A stretch of 64,000 nucleotides of DNA from Macrostomum hystrix (GCA_950097015.1 CATNEN010000012.1:2976001-3040000), one strand, 5' to 3'. Counted from the first letter of the stretch, positions 36,948-49,869 are shown. The notes: generated from the sequence alone by a model not told the origin. Made by a program: numbers and translations.

Positions 36948-39900
36948 TTAGGCCAGCTGAAGTAGCACGGATTTGGCGAAGGCGGCGGCCTGCAGGCTGG
37001 CGTACGGCTGCCAGACGGTGCCCTTCTGGCCGTCGTGATAATCGGCGCAGCCGCGCACAACTAGGAATGAGCTGCAGCGATTACCAAGGATGCTCTCTAG
37101 CACCTGGTCGAATTCGGTGTCGTAGCCAAGTAGGCCGCGCTCGTCAGCGAAAGCGGTGCGCAGGTAAGTGTCGGACACTACTGGCTTGCCGCAGCCAAGC
37201 GGACCCAGCCGCACCATTGGCCAATTGCCAACGCGATCGATGGTTGGCGGCGCAATCTCAATCACCTGGCCGTCGCCAAGCTGCATCTGAACTTTGTCTT
37301 CGACACCCTCCGGTCTGGCAAAGTCTGGCAGTAGGCTAGCCACCTCGGCAAACAGCTGATTCCAGGGCGCCTAAATCGGGTTTTTAAGTTGAGAAAGTTC
37401 AACTGAGGGGTTTGGGGACTGAGAAAGTCGATGTTTTAGTGAATTAAGCTGCTGATTTCTGAGCAAGTTGATTTCTATGAAACTAGATTTCAAAGGAAGT
37501 TGATTTCTAAGAAATTAGATTTCATAGGAAGTTGATTTCTAAGAAAATAGATTTCAAAGGAAGTTGATTTCTAAAAAAACTAGATTTCAAAGGAAGTTGA
37601 TTTCTAAGAAATTAGACTTCAAAGGAAGTTGATTTCTAAGAAATTAGATTTCAAAGGAAGTTGATTTCTAAGAAATAAGATTACAGAGGCTGTTGACTTC
37701 TGAGAAAGTTAATTTAGGATGTTGTTGATTTAGAAAGTGGATTTCTGAGAACGTTGTTTTCTAAGAAAGTCTATTTTGGATGCTGTTGATTTCTAAGAAT
37801 TAACATTTGTTTATAAGCAAGTCGATTTCGAAGGAAGTTTTTTAAAAGGATATTTTAATTGAGAAAACTGATACTTAAGAGTTTATTCTTAAGAAACTTG
37901 ATTTCGGAGGCGGTTCATTTCTAAGAAACTTGATTGCGGGGAAGTTAATTCCTGAGAACTGCAAAAGCTGTAGGTTACGGAGGAAGTAACTAAATTGCCT
38001 TTTTGCTAAACACAGGACGCAAGAGAAGTAAAAAAGAAAATACTTGATAAATCTGCATATTATAATCTGTGCTAACATTCTCAAAGCTCGGCCCAAACTC
38101 GTTGACCAGACTGGCTGAGTTGCGCAACAGAATCGGATTGGGAATCTTCCAATTCTTCAGGTTGAAGCTAAACTGGCCAGACTCGTCTTCGTCAACATTG
38201 TCGCAGTAGATATAGGCGCTGTCCTGCTGGCGATTCGGTGAGGCCACGATGATGTCACCGAGGCGGCTGCTCTGGGCCAGGTCGCCCAGGTTGCACACGG
38301 AGCCGCAGACGCCAACTAGGAGCACGTGCTCAATATCCTGTAGGTGAAATGCCACAATTGAGATTAATGTTTCCAATTTAAAGCAATCAGGGGAATTAAT
38401 TACAATGAGCTGGAATTTAAACGCCTGAACTCCCAGGGCTGGAATTCGAACTCCCGACCTCCCAGGGATTTGAACTCCCGACGCCCACGAATCCGAACTC
38501 CCGACCTCCCAGGGAATTGAACTCCCGACGCCCAGGGATTCGAACTCCCGACCTCCCAGGGATTTGAACTCCCGACGCCCAGGGATTCGAACTCCCGACC
38601 TCCCAGGGATTTGAACTCCCGACGCCCAGGGATTCGAACTCCCGACCTCCCAGCGATTTGAACTCCCGACGCCCAGGGATTCGAACTCCCGACCTCCCAG
38701 CGGTTTGAACTCATAAACTTCCAGGGATTCGAGCTATCGACGCCCAGGGATTCAAACTCGCGACTTCCCAGGGATTCGAACTCATGATCTCCCAGGGATT
38801 CGATCTCCCGACCTCTTGGGGATTCGGCTTTTAACCACTGGACTACAATCTCCATTGTAACAATAGCAAATTGAGGAACTAATTAGATACCTGGAAGGTG
38901 CCCAACAGCCGGGTAGTGGTATTGCCGCTAGCAATCTTGGCTCGCCTATCGCGACCAACAGCCGGCAGTTTGGTGCTGACGCACTTGTGCCGGCCAATAA
39001 AGCCGATAGTGTAGACGTGAGAATCACCGCCTTTAGTCTCGTAGCGCACGTATGTAGTCTTGTCCTGCATCATGGCGTCCACGGCGCGCTTCTCGCACAT
39101 CAAATTAGTGATGATGGCCACTGTGGGCTTGTCCTTCATCTTGGTGATGACGTCCATGTTGCCCTCCGGCATCACTTCCACCTTGCCCATACCCAGGTCG
39201 GCGTTCGCTTCATCGTTAGCCACGCGCAGTACGTAGGCAAACTTGCCCTTGTGCTTGCCCTCCATGGCCATGCGATGGATGCGCTCCTCTGAGAGCATCT
39301 GGTCCAGGATGCGAACAACCAGCTTCTCGTCCTGGCGAATCACCCTGCGGCAGTGCGGGACAGGCAAGTGGACGGGTCAACCATAGTGCTATGGACTTGG
39401 CAAATGCTTACAGGAGTTTAACGGACTGGCAGGTGAAGTGGCAGATAGGTAGTTAAAGGACAGGCAAGTGAAGTGGCAGATAAGCAGTTGAAGGACTGGC
39501 AGGTGAAGTGGCAGATAAGCAGTTGAAGGACTGGCAGGTGAAGTGGCAGATAAGCATTTAAAAGACTGGCAGGTGAAGTGGCAGATAAGCAGTTGAAGGA
39601 CTGGCAGGTGAAGTGGCAGATAAGCAGTTGAAGGACTGGCAGGTGAAGTGGCAGATAAGCATTTAAAAGACTGGCAGGTGAAGTGGCAGATAAGCAGTTG
39701 AAGGACTGGCAGGTGAAGTGGCAGATAAGCAGTTGAAGGACTGGCAGGTGAAGTGGCAGATAAGCATTTAAAAGACTGGCAGGTGAAGTGGCAGATAAGC
39801 AGTTGAAGGACTGGCAGGTGAAGTGACAGATAAGCAGTTGAAGGACTGGCAGGTGAAGTGGCAGATAAGCAGTTGAAGGACTGGCAGGTGAAGTGACAGA

Positions 39901-42900
39901 TAAGCAGTTGAAGGACTGTCAGGTGAAGTGGCAGATAAGCAGTTGAAGGACTGGCAGGTGAAGTGGCAGATAAGCAGTTGAAGGACTGGCAGGTGAAGTG
40001 GCAGATAAGCAGTTGAAGGACTGGCAGGTGAAGTGGCAGATAAGCAGTTGAAGGACTGGCAGGTGAAGTGGCAGATAAGCAGTTGAAGGACTGGCAGGTG
40101 AAGTGGCAGATAAGCAGTTGAAGGACTGGCAGGTGAAGTGGCAGATAGGGAGTGAAAGTGACTAGGCAAACTGAACTTACTTGGACAGCTCCTCAGTAGT
40201 GAGCACATTGGGATAAGCCTCCTCAATGGTGCGCATCAGTTGCTCCTGAACTCTAACCTCCAACGGCCTTGTGTCCCGTTCTGTGAATGATTTAAACCAA
40301 GAAACTTTTACTTAGTTTAATCGTTCACGCTTAATGCTTCAGGACTAAAGCGAGTTTATTGTTAACGACACGGATCAGGAAAAAGTAGTCTCACTAACAA
40401 CTATGCATCTCGTCAGCAAGGCATTACAAGAGTTCATTTATATAAAACTTAAAACCAAGCTGACAGTTGCCGCTCACTGCTGATTATCTAGCTGACAATT
40501 ATGGTTCACTGCTGGTTATCTAGCTGACAATTGTGGTTCACTGCTGGTTATCTAGCTGACAACTGTGACTCACTGCTGATTATCTAGCTGACAACTGTGA
40601 CTCACTGCTGGTTATCTAGCTGACAACTGTGACTCACTGCTGATTATCTAGCTGACAATTATGGTTCACTGCTGGTTATCTAGCTGACAATTGTGGTTCA
40701 CTGCTGGTTATCTAGCTGACAACTGTGACTCACTGCTGATTATCTAGCTGACAACTGTGACTCACTGCTGGTTATCTAGCTGACAACTGTGACTCACTGC
40801 TGATTATCTAGCTGACAATTATGGTTCACTGCTGGTTATCTAGCTGACAATTGTGGTTCACTGCTGGTTATCTAGCTGACAACTGTGACTCACTGCTGAT
40901 TATCTAGCTGACAACTGTGACTCACTGCTGGTTATCTAGCTGACAACTGTGACTCACTGCTGATTATCTAGCTGACAATTATGGTTCACTGCTGGTTATC
41001 TAGCTGACAATTGTGGTTCACTGCTGGTTATCTAGCTGACAACTGTGACTCACTGCTGATTATCTAGCTGACAACTGTGACTCACTGCTGATTATCTAGC
41101 TGACAGCTGCGGCTCACTGCTGATTTGTTAACAGCAATTGTTCAAACTTTTCTAACACAGATCTAGATCTTATTTCATTAAAACGGATAGACAGCAAATA
41201 AATTGAGCAGAAAACTAACAAAAAATACAACAAAATTCTGCACCGAAACAAAGCGGTCAAAAATATACTGGCAACATATAGCAGCAATAAAATAGCAAGC
41301 CAGGCACCAAAACTGCTAAAAGGCGATAAAAGGCATTCAAAAGGAACAGTAATACATACAAACAAAACGATAAATGGATAGCGACCTTTTATAAAAATTC
41401 TTGAGTCTTACCAGAAAATGGCACGTCTAAAATGGTGACAGGAAAGCATTAAAATATCAACGATTAATAGAATGCGCTCTCATGGCTACTTTCGGTGAAG
41501 TGAAGTAGAGAGACGAGAAAGGTGATAGAAAAGGAAACTGCTGAAACAGTGCCTGCTCAACCTGAGGATCTGGGAGAGCGACTATTCAACCTAAGGATCT
41601 GGGAGAGTGGCTGTTCAAGCTGAGGATCTGGGAGAGTGGCTGTTCAAGCTGAGGATCTGGGAGAGCGGCTGTTCAAGCTGAGGATCTGGGAGAGTGGCTG
41701 TTCAAGCTGAAGATCTGGGAGAGTGCCTGCTCAACCTGAGGATCTAGGAGAGCGGCTATACAACCTGAGGATCTGGAAGAGTGCCTGCTCAACCTGAGGA
41801 TCTGGGAGATTGGCTATTCAACCTGAGGATCTGGGAGATTGGCTATTCAACCTGAGGATCTGGGAGATTGGCTATTCAACCTGAGGATCTGGGAGATTGG
41901 CTATTCAACCTGAGGATCAGGGAAAGTGGCTGTTCAACCTGAGGATCTGGGAGAGTGGCTGTTCAACCTGAGGATCTGGGAGATTGGCTATTCAACCAGA
42001 GGATCTGGGAGAGTGGCTGTTCAACCTGAGGATCTGGGAGATTGGCTATTCAACCTGAGGATCTGGGAGATTGGCTATTCAACCTGAGGATCTGGGAGAT
42101 TGGCTATTCAACCTGAGGATCAGGGAAAGTGGCTGTTCAACCTGAGGATCTGGGAGAGTGGCTGTTCAACCTGAGGATCTGGGAGATTGGCTATTCAACC
42201 TGAGGATCTGGGAGAGTGGCTGTTAAGCCTGAGGATCTGGGAGAGTGGCTGCTCAAACTGAGGATCTGGGACAGTGCCTGCTCAACCATAGGATCTGGGA
42301 GAGTGGCTGCTCAACCTGAGGATCTGGGAGATTGGCTATTAAACCTGAGGATCAGCGAGAGTGGCTGTTCAACCTGAGGATCTGGGAGAGTGGCTGTTCA
42401 ACCTGAGGATCTGGGAGAGTGGCTGTTTAAGCTGAGGATCTGGGAGAGTGGCTGTTCAAGCTGAGGATCTGGGAGAGTGCCTGCTCAACCTGAGGATCTG
42501 GGAGAGCGGCTATACAACCTGAGGATCTGGGAGAGTGCCTGCTCAACCTGAGGATCTGGGAGATTGGCTATTCAACCTGAGGATCTGGGAGATTGGCTAT
42601 TCAACCTGAGGATCTGGGAGATTGGCTATTCAACCTGAGGATCTGGGAGAGTGGCTGTACAACCTGAGGATCTGGGAGAGTGGCTGTTAAGCCTGAGGAT
42701 CTGGGAGAGTGGCTGCTCAAACTGAGGATCTGGGACAGTGCCTGCTCAACCAGAGGATCTGGGAGAGTGGCTGCTCAACCTGAGGATCTGGGAGATTGGC
42801 TATTAAACCTGAGGATCAGGGAGAGTGGCTGTTCAACCTGAGGATCTGGGAGAGTGGCTGTTCAAGCTGAGGATCTGGGAGAGTGGCTGTTCAAGCTGAG

Positions 42901-44133
42901 GATCTGGGAGAGTGGCTATTCAACCTGAGGATCTGGGAGATTGGCTATTCAACCTGAGGATCTGGGAGATTGGCTATTCAACCTGAGGATCTGGGAGATT
43001 GGCTATTCAACCTGAGGATCTGGGAGAGTGGCTGTACAACCTGAGGATCTGGGAGAGTGGCTGTTAAGCCTGAGGATCTGGGAGAGTGGCTGCTCAAACT
43101 GAGGATCTGGGACAGTGCCTGCTCAACCTGAGGATCTAGGAGAGTGGCTGTTCAACCTGAGGATCTGGGAGAGTGGCTGTACAACCTGAGGATCTGGGAG
43201 AGTGGCTGCTCAACCTGAGGATCTGGGAGAGTGGCTGCTCAACCTGAGGATCTGGGAGAGTGGCTGTACAACCTGAGGATCTGGGAGAGTGGCTGTACAG
43301 CCTGAGGATCTGGGAGAGTGGCTGCTCAACTTGAGGATCTGGGAGAGTGGCGGTACAACCTGAGGATCTTTGAGAGTGGCGGTACAACCTGAGGATCTGG
43401 GAGAGTGGCTGCTCAACCTGAGGATCTGGGAGAGTGGCTGTACAACCTGAGGATCTTTGAGAGTGGCTGTACAACCTGAGGATCTTTGAGAGTGGCTGTA
43501 CAACCTGAGGATCTTTGAGAGTGGCTGTACAACCTGAGGATCTGGGAGAGTGGCTGTACAGCCTGAGAATGTGGGCACCTATAGCGTATTATATTATATA
43601 GAACTTGGTTGATCAAATTAATATATTAAGCAAATATATCGAGGTAAATTGATGAATCGCAGCCGTGAAAAACCTAGCAAGGTTAGTTAAGTACATAAAA
43701 TAGCGGAGCTCACCTTCCATGCCTTCGATGACAGCCTCGCTCTTGTCCAATGGAATCACGTCCAGATGAATGCGCGAGACGTTATTGTACTTTTCTAGCA
43801 GCATGAGGCGCATGACCCGCTTAATAAAGCTAGCATAGTCCTTGGGCACATGGCCAGGCGTGATCAGGTCGTTGAAGAACATGAAGGATGTTTGCACTAG
43901 GAAGCTGGTGACCTTCTTTTGAAGAGACGGAACAAACCAGAAGTGCAACTTGCGGTTTTCCTGTAAAACGCAGTAAATATTTTGCCCATTTAAATTCTTC
44001 CTATAAAACATAAGGAATTGAATTGATAATGGTCAGCCACTTACCGCTCGCACATCCTTAGTGTCCTGATTAACCACGAAGCACTTGTACGTGATTTCAG
44101 ATTCCGAATCGGCCAACGGTGTGTAAGCACCCT
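36948..44133 (-). CDS. N-terminal domain + winged helix + purine-nucleoside-phosphorylase/MTA-SAH nucleosidase (PNP_UDP_1) fold protein; first coding exon unresolved
   Basis: Exons 44133-44045, 43960-43714, 40280-40181, 39344-38891, 38337-38077, 37370-36948 are all phase-compatible. PNP-fold motifs VAIIT..CEKRAVD, HVLLVGVCG..RLGDIIVA, GYDTEF, FLVVRGCADY..WQPYAS..AAAFAK. Confidence 0.85.
37440..37850. repeat. 32-bp (2x16) degenerate intronic repeat (GATTTCTAAGAAATTA-GATTTCAAAGGAAGTT)
   Basis: Alternating 16-bp subunits. Confidence 0.85.
38420..38825. repeat. 23/24-bp intronic repeat (GAACTCCCGACCTCCCAGGGATTT)
   Basis: Alternating units. Confidence 0.92.
39420..40150. repeat. 35-bp intronic minisatellite (GGACTGGCAGGTGAAGTGGCAGATAAGCAGTTGAA)
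   Basis: Direct repetition. Confidence 0.95.
40465..41125. repeat. 32-bp intronic minisatellite (CTCACTGCTGATTATCTAGCTGACAACTGTGA)
   Basis: Direct repetition with a 5-unit higher-order pattern. Confidence 0.94.
41550..43570 (+). repeat. 29-bp intronic minisatellite, same family as 34345-34780
   Basis: Direct repetition. Confidence 0.95.
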
Positions 44134-44624
44134 CTGCGCAGATTGTGGATAGGCTAAGTAAGTGAACTTCTGTTTCTACTTGCACCCAGCGAATTTTTAT
44201 ATAACATAGACCGAGAATATGAGTGCAGAATGCTAGCTTAAAATTCAGCAGACAGTTTTTTTGCCAATGCGGAGTACAGTTGATTAATATTTCATTTTGC
44301 TTTCGACAAATACATAGTCATTTCGATCGCTCTGCAGGATTTGCAGGAAAGAGAGAGAAAGACTAAACAGACACGTCAGACGCATAAGAGCACCCGAATT
44401 CAGAATACTAAGGGCGGCATGCACAAGCGAGCATAATAGCAACCCTAAACTGGATTTGGATGGGTTAGCATCCATAAAGGCCAAGTGGCACTAATCTACC
44501 CACGATAAGTCTGTTCAAAACCAACCAATCGACTGGACCAAATGTTTGTCGCTATGCACAAAAAATCCACTGTAAGCCTGAGAAACCTGCGAACAAAAAT
44601 AATAACTTGTGGGCAACAGCACAT

Positions 44625-45097
44625 TATTTGGTCACACTAGACCCTAAGCCAGCGAGGTGGCAATTCTGAACGTTCCGCTGACTCCTGAATGCAGACACCA
44701 CAGATACTGTACGCAGGCACACTCTCACACAGGGTGTGCACATCTGTCCTGACTTTCTCCTCATCGTCAGGTGTTAATCATTTAGTGACAGTAGACCGCA
44801 GCCAGCAAGGAGGCAATTCTGCCCATTTTGCTGACCCCTGAGCACACAAGCACACGGATACTGTACGCAGGCAATTGCTCACATAGGTGTGTACATCTTC
44901 TCTGACTTTCTCATTGTTAGACAGTATAAACTTTCACTATTCTTTGGAGGTAAGCACTCAAGGGCGTGAACAGCACGACAAGTACTCAAGCCGTCTCTCC
45001 ACGGCTGCGTCACTAATGAATGTGGCCTCACTGCGGAACCGAGCTTAGGGACATTGCTGCGAGAGGTGAACACATTAGACCACTCTGCCACTCACCC
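44625..45097 (-). mobile_element. SINE family B: near-full copy (44775-45097) plus a 3' fragment (44625-44765)
   Basis: Reverse complement has head GGGGTGAGTGGCAGAGTGGTCTAA..GCTCGGTTCCGC and the family body. Confidence 0.8.
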
Positions 45098-45462
45098 CCA
45101 TCGTCAGGGGTTGGTTAAGGCAGAAGACATTGTCAAAGAAAAGACAGAAAATGTCTAATGTAAGCCTGAGAATAAAAATATTTGAGAAGATGTCCACTTA
45201 AAGGTCTATATAAAATCTTGATAATCTCCATATAAAAAGAACAATATACTTACTATCATCAACAATGGCCTTGTAAACAACAATGCCAACATTGACACCA
45301 GTGGCAATGTGGGCCACCTGGTTGGTGTCAATATTATCCTTGGAGCTGCGCACACACTCCATTGTTGTCATTTGGCCACGCCTAATTGGCGTCATAACAA
45401 TCACCCAGTCTGACTCCATGCTGATATTATGGCTGCAATGCATATTAAAAGTAAACATTTTA

Positions 45463-46152
45463 GGAAGTGCTTATTCCCACGGTCCCGTGCCGATAATTTT
45501 AATTTTATCCACACGGATCCGTGCCGATAATTTTCTGCTTATCCACACGGCAGCTTATATGAATGGTTTCCGCGCATTTCGGTGCCTGTGCTTTTCGGTG
45601 CCGAGCGTTTCGGTGCCCGGTCTTGCTTTTCGGTCCCCATCCAATTTTGCATTGTCAGTCAGTAAAGCGCTTTATAACTGATGATAAACAATACTTAAAT
45701 ACAAATTGTGGCTAATATGCCTGTCCTTGCGCGTTTATTATCCTTTGTTTTTTTCTACCGTTTGAAAGCTTACGTTTCTGAGAAACACTGCTAAAATGTA
45801 ATTTGCTCCATTGCCTTTTGAATGTACACAACGCAAAGTCGACAAATCGACAATCTGACATTAATGTTGGTTAATGAATGTGTAGGTCGAAATGTAGAAC
45901 ACAGTCGTAACACACTGGCAACTTTGTCGATCTATTGGCTCGAGGGTTCAACAAAACGTTCAAACCCGAAAGGGCTTTGTTTCAAAAAAACAGAACCGTG
46001 TGGATAAAATTGAAATTAACGGCACGGCATATATAAAGAGTTGTAGACCTATTCATACAAGCTGCCGTGTGGATAAGCAGAAAATTATCGGCACGGATCC
46101 GTGTGGATAAAATTAAAATTATCGGCACGGGACCGTGGGAATAAGCTCTGCC
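45463..46152. mobile_element. MITE family A copy 1 (Mutator-like), about 100-bp TIRs, 9-bp TSD AACATTTTA
   Basis: Ends GGAAGTGCTTATTCCCACGG... and ...CCGTGGGAATAAGCTCTGCC; TSD at 45454-45462 and 46153-46161. Confidence 0.9.
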
Positions 46153-47031
46153 AACATTTTAACAAAAATTTAAATATAATTATTTTTATTGTTCTTTTCT
46201 ATTTTTAAACACTTTTTTGCTTGTTCATGCACATGCTTTGTAATATTATATATTGTTTAAACAAAAACTTTTTACCATATGAATGATACCAAGGATTATA
46301 TATACATAAAAGACATGACTTGTATAAATTAAAGATTATTACATTTGTATTACATTTGTATAAACTAAGAATTTTACTGTTTATTTAATAATGTCAGCAT
46401 TGACCAGATTTACAAATTGAGCATATTAAAGATTCAAAGCAATAAACTCAAGATTAGGCCTACTTAATTGCCTGAAAAATTAAGCCATTGGATTAAGACC
46501 TATGTGATCAAGCTTGTAGAAAAAAAAACCTTTTTTGCTAATTATGCTCATTTTTTATTTTTTTATTTATTGATAAAACTTTGAAAGGTTTTGAGTATAG
46601 ATGCATTAGCACTAACCAGTCTAAACTAAACAATTTACTCATTAGTACATGCTCAACTGTTTCATTGCTTACAAGAAGATTAAAGTTTTATTTAAAGAAC
46701 CCTTAAATATTCTGTCTATTAAGTAATATTCAACTTTAGAAATACTGAAAATTCTAGCAGCAAATTAATATCTGCTTGCCTCATTCTAATCTGGCCTAAC
46801 CTGGCCACTACAGTTCAAATCTAAGCAAAGGAATAGGAATTCACTTAAAAAGCCTTAGAATAGAAGGAAAATGTTTCAATTTAAGGCCCTAAATTAAATT
46901 GTAATATTTAAAGTTGGTAACAGCCCATCTCAGTAAAATGTTACCGAAAATATAGAAACACTTATTCAGAATAAAACTTTGGTGTAAGTCCAACTAACAA
47001 TTAACAAATGATATGTTATATATGATATGTA

Positions 47032-47989
47032 GGTACCTGGACACTTCGTCATCTTACAACTTTGTCATCCAGATTACGATCTGTCCAATATCTGAGAGGG
47101 TGGATGACAAAGAGACTTAGACTTGCACAGACACTTCGTCATCCATAAAACAAAAGTTTTCAAAGTTATAACAGAACCACCCCTCCTCACATCGTGTTGG
47201 CACCTATCTTTCAACTCTTATATTGAAATCAGTTCTGACACCTCTTTTTGACAATTTAGAGTGTGAAGTGTGATCACACCACTGCCCCACCACGGTCCCA
47301 GGTCATTTCGGTGACAGTCATTTCAGTGACAACTCAAGTCATTTCAGTGACACACTTGGTCAGATTGGTGACAACTATTTTTGCAACTAAATATGCTAAA
47401 AACTGCCTTCCATTTTAACTATGCACACATATAAAATATTAATTTAATAATGCTATAAGTATTAATAAGAAGCTGCATCGCTCTGATTAAGTCTGGGTTT
47501 TACTTTAAATGAGTTAAATTATTAAATTATTTAATGAGTGGTCAATAGTTTTAATAGTTATTCGTTCCTAATTAAATGTGTATAATAATTATTTTTCTAG
47601 TTTTGGATTGACAAGGCGAGTGCAGGCTTTAAGCAGCTGCTGGATCGTGGAAGGCAGTTTTCTCAGCATATGTAGGTGCAAAAATAGTTGTCACCGAACT
47701 GACCAATTCTGTCACCGAAATGACTGTCACCGAAATGTCTTGTCACCGAAATGACTGTCACCGAAATGTCTTGTCACCGAACTGACCTGGGACCCCCCAC
47801 CACCCCACACTCACTTTATTGATGACAAACTTGATTGCTTGTTATTAGTAGATGACGAACTGACAAAACTTTAAAGCATGCCAATTGGCTAGATGACGAA
47901 GTGTCCTACCTTCCAAGTGGATGACGAAGTTGTAAGATGACGAAGTTGTAAGATGACGAAGTTGTAAGATGACGAAGTGTTTAGGATCC
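47032..47989. mobile_element. MITE family B copy 1, GG...CC ends, 8-bp TSD GATATGTA, host of a nested MITE
   Basis: GGTACCTGGACACTTCGTCATCTTACAAC / GTTGTAAGATGACGAAGTGTTTAGGATCC; TSD at 47024-47031 and 47990-47997. Confidence 0.85.
47294..47794. mobile_element. MITE family C nested in B copy 1, 9-bp TSD CCCCACCAC
   Basis: GGTCCCAGGTCA...TGACCTGGGACC with TIRs of about 120-150 bp built from GTCATTTCGGTGACA repeats; TSD at 47285-47293 and 47795-47803. Confidence 0.92.
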
Positions 47990-49027
47990 GATATGTATAT
48001 ATATGAATATACTAACAGTCTAGAAAGTATGACGATAAACCACTAGGTCACTTATTTTAAATGCCAAGAAGCAGAACTCCCGAATAAATATACCGATATA
48101 CTGTAAGCTCCACGAAATCAAAATCCATTACAAACACGGAAGAATATATCTAACAATTTTTAATTTTACCGAATACATGAATACCGAAAATGTGCATTTC
48201 TGTGAATGAATCAATGCATGCATTTAAATAACAACAAATAGTTTTTTATGGCCCATGGTTTTAATTTAAAACTTAAACAGTTTATTTATAAAAAGATAGT
48301 TTAAAATACTTTAAACAGTGACATAAAAATGCTTTTTTAGAATACGGCAGTCTATTTCGTTTCAAAACACTGGTCTGGAGTTGACCAGGCCCTCTCGCGG
48401 CAGGTTATAATTAAATGCAATAATGACGTATTAGTGCTCAGATTGATTATAAATAGAAGCTTACGCAATTATTTTTCTTTCACATCATAGAAACGAAAAT
48501 TGCGGCCTGTAAAGGTAGTAAAGCTTGAGTTTTACCTAGATCTAAGTTCAAACCTACACAAAATGACAAAAACTGTTTTTGTACACCTGAAATATGATCT
48601 TGGATCAAACTTATATCTAAGTTATAGTTAAGCCCTAATATCTTACGAAAGCTTTAGGCCTAGCTAGCTATAGTAGACAGTCCCGTCTCCTTTTCCTGAG
48701 AGTGAGACTAGTACACTACCTAACAGCTGCTATTTTTGTCAAGTATAAGTATAAGTGCCTTATTTAAAATAGTAATAGCTCCATAGTCATTAAATTTCAT
48801 TGACAAAGCCATGTAGCTCATCAGTTTCTTTATTGTTTGCTTATTATTTTTTGTAGCCAGAAGCCAGCTATCAGTCAAAATATTGCTTTGTTTTTTTGTA
48901 GCTTAGTAGGCCTAATATAGACATTTAATTTAGTTCCTTGTTCATTTCAAACATTGTAAAACTGAAAACTTTGGCTTTATAGTTTGAATAGCTCTTATAC
49001 AAAATTTTAAAAGGCTTTTTTATTAAT

Positions 49028-49722
49028 GGCAGGGCTTATTCCCACGGTCCAGTGCCAATAATTTCAATTTTATCCACATGGATCTGTGCTGATAATTTTC
49101 TTATCCACATCCACTGCTTATCCACACAACAGCTTGTATGAATAGGTCTAAAACTCTTTATATAGGGCCTAAATATGCTGTGCCATTAATTTTAATTTTA
49201 TCCACTTGGTTCTGTTCTTTGAAATGAGGCCCTTTCAGGTTTGAACATTTTGTTGAACCCTCAAGCCAATAGATCAACAAAGTTGCCAGTGTGTTACGAC
49301 AATATTCTACATTTCAACCTACACATTCATTAACTGACATTAACGTCATCCTTTTAATTATTGTAATAACAACTTACTAAATCTTTTGTCATCGTTATAT
49401 GTTTTCATTTGAATTGTATTGACTTACAACAAAGTAAGAAATCTATCAAAGAAAATTATGTGAGTCAACCAGCATAATTCTAGTCAGCACCAAACTTGTC
49501 ACACATTATACATCATTGTTATTCTTTATACTATGCATTGATAGTGTACACTATACACTATTCTCTGAAGCAAAAGCCTTTTGCTCAGAGAAGAATAGGT
49601 AGGGACTTGTAAGTATACCTATTCATATAAGCTGCTGTGTGGATAAGCAGAAAATTATCGGCACGGATCCATATGGATAAAATTGAAATTATCGGCATGG
49701 GACTGTGGGAATAAGCACTTCC
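49028..49722. mobile_element. MITE family A copy 2 (opposite orientation), 9-bp TSD TTTATTAAT
   Basis: Same TIRs as 45463-46152; TSD at 49019-49027 and 49723-49731. Confidence 0.9.
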
Positions 49723-49869
49723 TTTATTAATAGGTCCTATTTACAAGCAATCTATATTAATGCATTTGCTAGGCACTTGTACATGAATATAAGGGATCCT
49801 AGACACTTTATCATCTTAATCATAATAATAATTGATTACACATGCCCCAATTGGATCAGATATGCAACC

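Noticed and set aside
44284-44484. 66-aa ORF as the first exon of the PNP gene
   Set aside because: An ATG is present but only weak phase-1 donors exist; it cannot be chosen without transcripts.
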